This document shows, in pieces, positions 18,912-26,686 of a DNA stretch of 64,000 bases. Below the pieces are notes generated by a model. It ran no database searches. It saw only the letters and a list, made by a program, of their open reading frames with translations, and was not told the DNA's origin. The position numbers and the translations under genes are program-made. The first letter of the stretch is position 1, and each line of letters begins with the position of its first letter. Source of the DNA: a virus; IMG/VR virus record IMGVR_UViG_3300002334_000064, positions 4,319 through 68,318 of that record. One strand, given 5' to 3'.

Positions 18912-18932
18912 ACCCGTCGAAAGGCGGGTTTT
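18912..18932 (+). terminator. Terminator hairpin ACCCGTC-GAAA-GGCGGGT (copy 1)
   Basis: GNRA hairpin plus T tract; identical hairpin at 19297. Confidence 0.75.
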
Positions 18933-18974
18933 CTCATGGGTTGAAAAAATATTCAGAAAAGACAGTGTGAAGGC

Positions 18975-19010
18975 TTGCGTCGGACGATAAAGACGGTAAG
19001 ATAGACGTGT
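18975..19010 (+). promoter_or_regulatory. Repeated promoter family, copy 2
   Basis: TTGCGT-16 nt-TAAGAT-AGACGTGT. Confidence 0.8.
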
Positions 19011-19041
19011 AAAGAGAGCAACAAACAAAGGGACCAGAACA

Positions 19042-19284
19042 ATGAACAACGCAACAACGACCAAGTTTGAAACCGGCAAGACATTCACGGGACGCGCTTC
19101 CAACGATCATAATTGCGTCTGGTCCTTCACCGTCACAAGCCGCACCGAGAAGACAGTAACCGTTGAATGTGATGGGGATAGTTTCCGCCGAGGCGTGTTC
19201 GTGGATGGCGGTACTGAAAAGTTCTTCCCGTTCGGCCGACATTCTCAGTCTGTCGTTGTCAGTGCTGACAAGGTTGACGATTGA
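19042..19284 (+). CDS. Small hypothetical (early-type) protein
   Basis: KFETGKTF..SRTEKTVTV; AAAGGGAC leader. Confidence 0.75.
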   Translation: MNNATTTKFETGKTFTGRASNDHNCVWSFTVTSRTEKTVTVECDGDSFRRGVFVDGGTEKFFPFGRHSQSVVVSADKVDD

Positions 19285-19295
19285 TCGTCATCGGT

Positions 19296-19316
19296 AACCC
19301 GTCGAAAGGCGGGTTT
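19296..19316 (+). terminator. Terminator hairpin (copy 2)
   Basis: ACCCGTCGAAAGGCGGGTTT identical to 18912. Confidence 0.65.
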
Positions 19317-19360
19317 GCCGGTTTTAGAAAAAAAAGATTTGAAATAGATGGCGTGATGGG

Positions 19361-19396
19361 TTGCGTTGACCGATGTAGACGGTAAGATAGACGTGT
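19361..19396 (+). promoter_or_regulatory. Repeated promoter family, copy 3
   Basis: TTGCGT-16 nt-TAAGAT-AGACGTGT then AATGGGTGCT. Confidence 0.8.
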
Positions 19397-19444
19397 AGCA
19401 AATGGGTGCTACGAAACGAACCGCGAAACGAAAAGGGACAAACA

Positions 19445-19717
19445 ATGGCAAAACTGACGAAAAAACAAAGAAATACACTTGATCGAGCACTTTCTGCAAT
19501 AACACAGGCTAGTGAATATATTTTCAGTGACGATGTTGCTGTTTGTTGTAAAAAGGAATCTCAGACAACGACTCAAGATTATATTCGGTTTGATGGTGGT
19601 GGGCCTGTTTTGGCTTGTACTCAACGTGAATATGGATCACACCTTTGCCGCTTGCGTGACGCTGAAAAATTGATTAGAGATATGATTGTTCTCGATCAGA
19701 TATCAAGATTGAAATGA
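19445..19717 (+). CDS. Small hypothetical protein
   Basis: ATG after AAACGAAAAGGGAC. Confidence 0.7.
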   Translation: MAKLTKKQRNTLDRALSAITQASEYIFSDDVAVCCKKESQTTTQDYIRFDGGGPVLACTQREYGSHLCRLRDAEKLIRDMIVLDQISRLK

Positions 19718-19757
19718 CAATCAGACAACCGGGCGGAAACGTCCGGGCGTCCTTTAC

Positions 19758-19774
19758 AATTGCGGCGTGCAATT
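19758..19774. repeat. 17-bp palindrome variant (AATTGCGGCGTGCAATT)
   Basis: Two mismatches; same TTTAC 5' flank as the 20345 copy. Confidence 0.75.
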
Positions 19775-19800
19775 ATTGACGGTGAAACGAAAGGGACAAA

Positions 19801-20304
19801 ATGAAACTTGATGTTGCAACAATGGACTTGGACAAGATCGAAGACCGCAAAAAGATCATGGATGAGTACCTTGCTCGATTCGACAATGAAAGACCTAAAG
19901 ACTGTCCGGTCACCGCTCGTCTTGTTGCGAATCTTACCGATGCCGATACGTACCCGGAAGAACCGCTTGATGCTGACGCGTGCTACATGAATCGTCTTGC
20001 TAACGTGATGGAAGCATTCCCGGTGATTGCGAACGAACAGACCAAACATCCAATGTACTTCGCTCTCAGTCGCACAGATGCGGCTTGGATACCGTGCTAC
20101 AACGCTGAGGTAAAACGGTCCAACGGGTGGGCTATTTGTGGATTCACGAATGACGATGGATCAAAAGAAAATCTTGCGCAGGCAATGTTTGAATGGGCAC
20201 ACGTTGATGCTGATGGCGGCGTATCTATCCCGGTTGTTTTCGAGATGTGCCGTCGCAAACTGACAAAGAACGAGGCTCTTGCAGACGACAGTATCGAATT
20301 CTGA
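19801..20304 (+). CDS. Hypothetical protein
   Basis: AAACGAAAGGGAC leader; flanked by two palindrome copies. Confidence 0.7.
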   Translation: MKLDVATMDLDKIEDRKKIMDEYLARFDNERPKDCPVTARLVANLTDADTYPEEPLDADACYMNRLANVMEAFPVIANEQTKHPMYFALSRTDAAWIPCYNAEVKRSNGWAICGFTNDDGSKENLAQAMFEWAHVDADGGVSIPVVFEMCRRKLTKNEALADDSIEF

Positions 20305-20344
20305 ACACCGCACTGTGATTGGAAACGGTCGCAGTGTGATTTAC

Positions 20345-20361
20345 AATTGCGAGCCGCAATT
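20345..20361. repeat. 17-bp palindrome copy, intergenic
   Basis: Exact consensus. Confidence 0.95.
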
Positions 20362-20448
20362 CTGAGATTGTCACCGGATTCTTCAGAGTCAAGGTCAATA
20401 TACACATAGAGAAACCCGAGAGTACTAACAGCAAGGTGAGATTCTGGA

Positions 20449-20709
20449 ATGTCGAAATGCCAAAAAGTTAAAGAATCAAGCCTTGTTCAAATGAAGTCGA
20501 TCCGCTTCACGAACAACAAGGGGCATCGGTTAGACGTTGAGGTTTACGAGAACACAGATGATGTTGTGATTCGTCTTTTCATTGACGATGTAACTTCAAG
20601 GTTCGTTCTCGATTCAGGTGTAGCGCAACGAGTGATTGATTTCATAGCTGACGGATACGGATCAGAAAACAAGGATGATGATAATGGGCAAAAACAAAAA
20701 AATGGGTAG
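20449..20709 (+). CDS. Hypothetical protein
   Basis: 86-aa ORF. Confidence 0.55.
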   Translation: MSKCQKVKESSLVQMKSIRFTNNKGHRLDVEVYENTDDVVIRLFIDDVTSRFVLDSGVAQRVIDFIADGYGSENKDDDNGQKQKNG

Positions 20710-20896
20710 TCTGGTACTTACGCGTAAACCAATGGAAACGATTTGCGTTGGCGACGATGTACGCGTGACGGTTATTAGGGTAAAAGGGGACCGGGTTCGT
20801 ATCAAGATCGAAGCGCCGATATCGCTCTCAATTGATCGTTTGGAGATCAGAGAGAAGATTGAACAGGAAACAGAAAAGGAGAATGCAAATGAGTGA
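20702..20896 (+). CDS. csrA: Carbon storage regulator CsrA/RsmA-like RNA-binding protein
   Basis: LVLTRKPMETICVGDDVRVTVIRVKGDRVRIKIEAP..IDRLEI matches the CsrA consensus MLVLTRKxGESIxIGDDIxVTVxxVxGxxVRIGIxAPxxVxIxRxE. Confidence 0.9.
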   Translation: MGSLVLTRKPMETICVGDDVRVTVIRVKGDRVRIKIEAPISLSIDRLEIREKIEQETEKENANE

Positions 20897-21056
20897 TAGA
20901 TTTGACAACATAATGAGTGTTGCATTCAAAGAAGCGTCAACCGGCATGTCCGAACTTGACGCGTATGAAGACCTTGAAGATTGGTACGAAGGTCAAAGGA
21001 TGCGACTGCAAGCACTGAGAGATGGAGAAGAGAGAAAAGAACAAGAAGGCGTTTGA
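20889..21056 (+). CDS. Small hypothetical protein
   Basis: AGGAG ribosome-binding site; overlaps the csrA stop. Confidence 0.5.
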   Translation: MSDRFDNIMSVAFKEASTGMSELDAYEDLEDWYEGQRMRLQALRDGEERKEQEGV

Positions 21057-21100
21057 GCGTTTCAAACACGAGTCAATTGAAAAGAAAGAAGGATTTCAAA

Positions 21101-21424
21101 ATGAGTACAAGTATTACTTCAAAAAAAGATCAGTTTTTTAGCGCACCGACTTACACCCCGCGAAATGTGCGTGCCTTGGAGATTACCAAGGCGACTGTCA
21201 ATCCGAATGGGAGTGTTGATCTTTTCTTCGACGATCATCCTTCGGTCAATATCGATCGTTCTGAATCAAGCCCGTTCATAGTTGGGGGTAGATTCGATCC
21301 GTCAACGAATCGCAATCATGTATACCAAGACGGGTATCTTGTTGTTTCTGGTTCTGGTGACGATTGCACAATTGAGCGTTTCGATAAGGACGCATTCAAA
21401 AGGATGTACGAGTTCGGGCACTAA
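21101..21424 (+). CDS. Hypothetical protein
   Basis: AGGA ribosome-binding site; DGYLVV..KDAFKRMYE motif common in small phage proteins. Confidence 0.65.
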   Translation: MSTSITSKKDQFFSAPTYTPRNVRALEITKATVNPNGSVDLFFDDHPSVNIDRSESSPFIVGGRFDPSTNRNHVYQDGYLVVSGSGDDCTIERFDKDAFKRMYEFGH

Positions 21425-21442
21425 GCGTATTGAACAAACTGA

Positions 21443-21478
21443 TTGACACCGCGCCAAACGTGTGAGAGAATACACGTG
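21443..21478 (+). promoter_or_regulatory. Sigma70-like promoter
   Basis: TTGACA-17 nt-GAGAAT followed by ACACGTG. Confidence 0.6.
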
Positions 21479-21672
21479 CTTTGATTAGCCGAGAGGCTTC
21501 GACATTTCGAGTAACTCTTTTGGGAAAGGGTAGAACAATGCTTGAGCTTTAAAACATGGCAACCGAAACAAACAAAACTCTTCTCTCTTTCTCTGTGAAG
21601 TGTCTTAGTTGATACTTCATCGACGAGCGCCCGCAACCAGTAAGGTCGTCTTTAGCTGGTTGCGGGTTTTTC
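21478..21672 (+). ncRNA. Candidate ~190-nt small RNA (or micro-ORF transcript)
   Basis: Lies between a promoter and a strong terminator, has no ORF over 18 aa, and contains several hairpins. Confidence 0.45.
21630..21672 (+). terminator. Rho-independent terminator
   Basis: CCCGCAACCAG/CTGGTTGCGGG stem plus T5. Confidence 0.8.
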
Positions 21673-21699
21673 ATTGCACCAATCACAATCGGATAAACA

Positions 21700-22788
21700 A
21701 TGAGTAAAACAAACCACGGTCAAGGACTTATGGAAGACGTGGGAACTTCTTTCAAGTCGAGCACGTTCCCCGAATACACCGGCGTACCGAACCCGGTACC
21801 AAACTCAATCCTTCCGATATTCCAATCGGCACAACCTGCCAACACCGGTAAGTACTTTGGCGTTCGCGTTGCTTCCCGAAGCGGTAGAAGGTCAGGTAAC
21901 CCATACGGGTACAACAGGCTCGGTATGAAGATACTCCGAGAGGGTTGGGACTGCGAGGATATGAAAGCGGTGATTCGTCACGCGACCGCGAAGGGTTTCA
22001 ATGAAATGTTTGTGTGGCACATTCAGGGGTATCACAAAACAACGAATCACCGGGAAGACGGATCGATGCCCGATTGGGTTCCCGGTGCGACACCACAAGC
22101 GGTAGTAGATTCATGGCACCGTCTGAGAGAGTGGATCAAGATAAACTTTCCATCGTTCAAGCTGAGTATCTACAACGGGCCGACCGTTTCACCGAATTTC
22201 GGGACGTTGGATGATCCAAAGTTTGAGTGGTTGACGATTGCGAATCTTCAGCGCGTCATCGACAAGTACGAGGATTTGATAGACACGATGCAGCCGGATG
22301 GTTTCTGCCTCGACGCGTTCAACTGGATTATGAGTTATCGAGACGAACCGGTTGGTAAGAACTGGAACGATACAGAGCCTTGTAATCCGGGTGACTCTGA
22401 AATCCCAAGAGAGAAGGGGTTGTATCTACGAGCACTTGGGGGTATGTGCGAACTTGCCAAGAGAAAGAACGTTTACCTGTACCAAGAACCCTTTGCTCTT
22501 CACGGCTTCCCCCAGTCGATGGTTGCGTCTATGAAGCTCATGCAATCGGTGAAGGTTGCGAACAGCCCGCAAGGCATGGACGGACGCTACACATTGGACA
22601 GTATGGCACCGCCTGAATTTGAAAGAAGTTTGGTGAAAGATGTTTCTTTGCTGTTCTACATACACGGCAAAGACTGGGAAACCGAAGAGATTCACGAAAC
22701 CGTAACCAAGGGGTTTCAGCAGGGCTACCGGATGGGTATGACCATCAATCACGCGCAACAGGCGTACGGCTTCCCGAAACTCATCTGA
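21700..22788 (+). CDS. Hypothetical protein, possible glycoside-hydrolase-like TIM barrel
   Basis: 362 aa; GFNEMFVW and DGFCLDAF resemble GH barrel strands (weak). Confidence 0.6.
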   Translation: MSKTNHGQGLMEDVGTSFKSSTFPEYTGVPNPVPNSILPIFQSAQPANTGKYFGVRVASRSGRRSGNPYGYNRLGMKILREGWDCEDMKAVIRHATAKGFNEMFVWHIQGYHKTTNHREDGSMPDWVPGATPQAVVDSWHRLREWIKINFPSFKLSIYNGPTVSPNFGTLDDPKFEWLTIANLQRVIDKYEDLIDTMQPDGFCLDAFNWIMSYRDEPVGKNWNDTEPCNPGDSEIPREKGLYLRALGGMCELAKRKNVYLYQEPFALHGFPQSMVASMKLMQSVKVANSPQGMDGRYTLDSMAPPEFERSLVKDVSLLFYIHGKDWETEEIHETVTKGFQQGYRMGMTINHAQQAYGFPKLI

Positions 22789-22804
22789 ATTGCGGCTCGC
22801 AATT
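22788..22804. repeat. 17-bp palindrome copy (reverse core) overlapping a TGA stop
   Basis: AATTGCGGCTCGCAATT. Confidence 0.95.
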
Positions 22805-22897
22805 ATTTTGAGAATTTTCTAGATTGATAGTCGGTTGTTTGTTCCTCAGTGGGAATATACAGATGTACGTAAACAATTTGAAATGAAAGTTGAAAAC

Positions 22898-23104
22898 ATG
22901 GACCCGTCAGAAATCAGTACGTTTATTGAATTCCTCGTGTGGTGCTTTGAATCGCTCCATCGGTTCATCGGCCTGCTATTGCTCTTTTTCCTTGCATCGC
23001 TACTGTTCTCGGTTGGGTTGTCTGAAGGTTTTGGTAAGTTTTGTTTAGTGAGAATCACCAAAAGCCAAGACACAAATAATTATCAATGGAACAAGGATGA
23101 GTAA
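22898..23104 (+). CDS. Small membrane protein
   Basis: Hydrophobic segment; overlaps the next start. Confidence 0.45.
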   Translation: MDPSEISTFIEFLVWCFESLHRFIGLLLLFFLASLLFSVGLSEGFGKFCLVRITKSQDTNNYQWNKDE

Positions 23105-23981
23105 GATTCCGCTATTTGAACCATGTACCGCCAACCACGTTTTAGACAAAACGTCTGAACGTGGTTGGTTTTTTAATCAATTGGTTCTCATAGAAGGGAC
23201 GTTCGGCGCGGGACGATGGGACTGGTGGATTGCTCGAACGATGAAAGACGGAAGGCTCGGGAATCACCAGATACCGCAAATAGAATTCATCGACTCACCA
23301 CAATCTAAACCGGCCCCTAGGATCGGCTGGGACGCGTCGATGTGTGAATTGGCGTCAACACCGGGTGAGACGTTCAAGCTCGCTACAGACGTGTTTGATA
23401 GGCTCATGCGTGACGGTACGAACGTGTCTTGCATCCTCGATTGGTTCCTGTACGCGTGCGGGGACAATTCGGTAGAAAGACCCAAACATCTATCCGGTGA
23501 ACATGAAGTGTTCTTGTATCAAGAGGGTATGTTGATGCTCTCGCGTATGATCGCCAATCCGACCGATTGGGGCCAACACATCGCCGGGTATATTCAGGGT
23601 GGCGGCAAACAGTTTACCGGGTGGTTCCCTACGCCCGTGTGCCTGTCTCGCTTGATGGTTGAAGCGACATTCAACGAACCAGAGAAAAACGATTACCGAT
23701 TGAAAAGTGTTTGCGATCCGTGCGTAGGTACGGGTGTGATGCTGCTACACGCGTCGAACTACTCGCTTGATCTTTACGGACAAGATATCGACGTGGTAAT
23801 GCTGAAGTGGTGTAGATTGAATGGGTATCTATTCGCGCCTTGGATGGTTGCGAAGTGGCACAAGATGTTGGAAGAGTACGAGAATCGACCGGTTGAACAA
23901 TCAACCGACAAATCAAATACGTTCCGTAGGCGCGGCAAAGTCTACAGAGTAAAGAGAAAGAAAAAGGTGATAGCAAGATGA
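23097..23981 (+). CDS. N6-methyltransferase-like protein (SAM motif only)
   Basis: FPTP, VCDPCVGTGVML, YGQDID; no NPPF/Y motif seen. Confidence 0.75.
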   Translation: MSKIPLFEPCTANHVLDKTSERGWFFNQLVLIEGTFGAGRWDWWIARTMKDGRLGNHQIPQIEFIDSPQSKPAPRIGWDASMCELASTPGETFKLATDVFDRLMRDGTNVSCILDWFLYACGDNSVERPKHLSGEHEVFLYQEGMLMLSRMIANPTDWGQHIAGYIQGGGKQFTGWFPTPVCLSRLMVEATFNEPEKNDYRLKSVCDPCVGTGVMLLHASNYSLDLYGQDIDVVMLKWCRLNGYLFAPWMVAKWHKMLEEYENRPVEQSTDKSNTFRRRGKVYRVKRKKKVIAR

Positions 23982-24760
23982 GATTGAAGCCATTTTTCTC
24001 TTACTACGGTTCAAAGTACCGGATAACCGGGCTATACCCGAAACCGAAACATGATCGTATTATTGAACCATTTGCGGGGTCAGCTAATTACGCACTCATG
24101 TATCACGATAGAGATATATTTCTTTGCGACATTGACCCTACGATTGTTCGCATTTGGGATTATTTGATAAACGTTAGCGAAGATCGCATTTTGTCTTTAC
24201 CAGACGTTTGCATAGGTGACCATTTAGATGATGTCAAGTTCGATGGTTTGGTTTGGGCAGAGAGATCGTTGATCGGGTTTTATCTAAATGGCGGCGCGGC
24301 TGTTCCTTGCCGCACACCTTCTAAATGGATGGTTGACCTGATACAAAAAAACAAATTGACAAGTAATTATTGGGGACAATTGGCGAGAGAGAAAATTGCA
24401 AGCCAATTGAAATATATTCGTCATTGGAAAGTACGCATGTGCGGGTATTGGTCAATCGAAACTAAAGCACATGCAACGTGGTTTATTGATCCGCCTTATC
24501 AGAAAGCAGGTATTCATTACAAAGCAAGTTCTGAAACTCTCAACTATGAAAATCTTGCTATTTGGTGTAGGTCTAGAAAAGGTTTAGTTATTGTTTGTGA
24601 GAATCAAGGCGCAAAATGGTTGCCGTTTAGAGATTTTGTAATTTCTAGATCAACCACAAAGAACGGTGCAAACTATTCCAAAGAAGTAATTTGGACCAAT
24701 GATACGTATTCGTTTAAACGTGATGGTAAAATATACGTCACAAAAAAGAAAAGGTGGTAG
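23978..24760 (+). CDS. Dam/D12-class DNA adenine methyltransferase
   Basis: FSYYGSKY, IEPFAGSA, FIDPPY. Confidence 0.88.
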   Translation: MRLKPFFSYYGSKYRITGLYPKPKHDRIIEPFAGSANYALMYHDRDIFLCDIDPTIVRIWDYLINVSEDRILSLPDVCIGDHLDDVKFDGLVWAERSLIGFYLNGGAAVPCRTPSKWMVDLIQKNKLTSNYWGQLAREKIASQLKYIRHWKVRMCGYWSIETKAHATWFIDPPYQKAGIHYKASSETLNYENLAIWCRSRKGLVIVCENQGAKWLPFRDFVISRSTTKNGANYSKEVIWTNDTYSFKRDGKIYVTKKKRW

Positions 24761-24764
24761 TAAG

Positions 24765-24902
24765 ATGAAACCGTTGAACCCGGATACCGTGATCGCTCTT
24801 ATGAAGAAATATTCCTTTAACAGAGGAATTGCCAAAGGCATCATTGCACAACACAAACATTGCGGTATTGAGATGATGATTGATCTTGGGGTTGAATTCT
24901 AA
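24765..24902 (+). CDS. Small hypothetical protein
   Basis: Fills the gap between co-oriented genes. Confidence 0.4.
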   Translation: MKPLNPDTVIALMKKYSFNRGIAKGIIAQHKHCGIEMMIDLGVEF

Positions 24903-24903
24903 A

Positions 24904-25149
24904 ATGCCAAGGCCTACCACAAGAACTGACGGTGACGTTACTATTGTTTTTCATGGTGGGCCTAGGTGTGGCGAGAAACAAAACTTGTCCGAGCTTGGCG
25001 TTCCGAGTGACAGAGTAATAGAAGTGCCCGGATTGTACGGGCAGAGATACGTGTATCGTGTAAACTTGCTGACGCATATTGCACGGTATTTGATAGTTCT
25101 AGAAAAAGAAGATTTCAACCCTTACAGGAGTTGCGAAGATGAGCGATGA
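24904..25149 (+). CDS. Small hypothetical protein
   Basis: FHGGPRCGE...YVYR motif of small phage proteins. Confidence 0.55.
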   Translation: MPRPTTRTDGDVTIVFHGGPRCGEKQNLSELGVPSDRVIEVPGLYGQRYVYRVNLLTHIARYLIVLEKEDFNPYRSCEDER

Positions 25150-25612
25150 CGAATCACAAGACAAAATTGTTGTTGACGAAGGTTGGAAAGAAAAATCGGC
25201 ACGCGAAATGCGAGAGACGGAAGAGGCCGAGGCGAAGAGTGAAGTTCCTGATTTGAAAGAAGCAACGTTCAGTAATGAACTATTGAAAGCATTGGAAACC
25301 GTCCGCGACGAGTGCCATGGGTATATTCTTGGGTTTGTTTCACCGATGTTTGATCTTGACGGTCAACCTATTCTTGATGATGCTGGGGAGCAACGATTAG
25401 GAGGTATGACCGTGAACCACGGACCCGCTCCAATGTTGCACCAGATGATGCCGAGTGTGGTACAGGCAACTGGTGAATATATAGCAAACCAACAAAGAGC
25501 GATGCAGGCGGTAAAAGCCGCAAAGGTTACAGAAGGTGTTCCGAGTAAGAGCACCGAACTTGTTGAAGCCGCTGGTGAAACAAAGAGAGTGGAAGGATGT
25601 GAATCAGAATGA
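25139..25612 (+). CDS. Hypothetical protein with DUF1844-like N-terminus
   Basis: KIVVDEGWKEK..E..ATF resembles the N-terminus of DUF1844 proteins (recalled, not searched). Confidence 0.55.
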   Translation: MSDDESQDKIVVDEGWKEKSAREMRETEEAEAKSEVPDLKEATFSNELLKALETVRDECHGYILGFVSPMFDLDGQPILDDAGEQRLGGMTVNHGPAPMLHQMMPSVVQATGEYIANQQRAMQAVKAAKVTEGVPSKSTELVEAAGETKRVEGCESE

Positions 25613-26235
25613 GTGATACAAAAACAACAGTAGCGCAACGATCCGTGATTCTTAGTGCAATCACCGAAGCACCAAAGGGTCACGACGAACGTATCCGCCG
25701 AATGATGGCTGACCTGTATAAGAATTGCACCGGTCGTAAAAGGATGGATAACAATCGTACGCATTCAGCCGCCGGTTTGTGGCAAGACGGCGCGGGCGGT
25801 CTTGCGATGGTTGGGTTTGGTGAAATTCCAAAACGCATACCCGAGGGTGCGGGTAACGCAGGAACTTCTTTCTACCTTCGCTCGTCTGTTTCAATGATCG
25901 TCAACTCGGCGGCTTCGCAGGTGAGTTCGCAAGACTGTTCGATGGTTGCTATTGGACTTGTTGAAGCTGAAGATATCCCGATGCTTAAAGCGGCTGGTAT
26001 CGTAAACATCGTTTTGCACAAAGACGTATACGAACAGATTGATAAGTTGGATGGTTATTTCAAGCATGATGTTTTCAAAAGCCTTGAGATACTGATTGCG
26101 TCTTGTGCCGCTTGCGGTATTACCGTATGGGGTGTATCTGGTAAGGTTTCGCAGGTTGTTCAACGAAACCTTTCGCAAGATCGTAACTCCAACACGCTAA
26201 CGCATCGTGTGTTTAATCATGTGTGGTATCCCTAA
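25609..26235 (+). CDS. dCMP-deaminase-fold protein lacking zinc ligands
   Basis: Spacing and hydrophobic pattern of dCMP deaminase (GF..IP, AA..vS..d.sm, AGIVNIV, GITV), but HAE and PCxxC are absent. Confidence 0.5.
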   Translation: MSDTKTTVAQRSVILSAITEAPKGHDERIRRMMADLYKNCTGRKRMDNNRTHSAAGLWQDGAGGLAMVGFGEIPKRIPEGAGNAGTSFYLRSSVSMIVNSAASQVSSQDCSMVAIGLVEAEDIPMLKAAGIVNIVLHKDVYEQIDKLDGYFKHDVFKSLEILIASCAACGITVWGVSGKVSQVVQRNLSQDRNSNTLTHRVFNHVWYP

Positions 26236-26311
26236 AAAAGAACACCGCAAGACATTTGAATAAACACCCGCTACAATGCAGCCGTTAGTATCAAACACTA
26301 GCGGCTTTTGC

Positions 26312-26328
26312 AATTGCGAGCCGCAATC
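26312..26328. repeat. 17-bp palindrome copy (AATTGCGAGCCGCAATC)
   Basis: One terminal mismatch. Confidence 0.9.
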
Positions 26329-26343
26329 ATGGAGTATAAAAAA

Positions 26344-26655
26344 ATGGCTGCTACGAATGGCGGAACAATTGCTGTTACCGCAACGTCCCTTGCAACGGCT
26401 GACACCGTATTTTCCAGTAATCTCAATGGCGGTAGTGGTGCGGACGGGTGTAAGGGTATTTCGTTTATCAACGACGGCACGGCTGTTGCCAACGTTTTTT
26501 GCGACGGTGTACATGAGCCCGGCGAGGATACTGAAGGATTCCCTCTTGGTACGGGTGAATCTGTCACATTTGAATCGAATCATATTCGCAGCGTTACGGC
26601 ATGGGTTGCAAGCGGCAGTGCAAGTTTGAGGTTTACGGTTACCAAGATCGGTTAA
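26344..26655 (+). CDS. Small beta-rich, possibly virion-associated protein
   Basis: GGAG ribosome-binding site; T/S/G/A-rich, GFPLGTGESVTF. Confidence 0.65.
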   Translation: MAATNGGTIAVTATSLATADTVFSSNLNGGSGADGCKGISFINDGTAVANVFCDGVHEPGEDTEGFPLGTGESVTFESNHIRSVTAWVASGSASLRFTVTKIG

Positions 26656-26686
26656 ACACAGTTGCTTGATTCGAGGTAAGCGGTTT

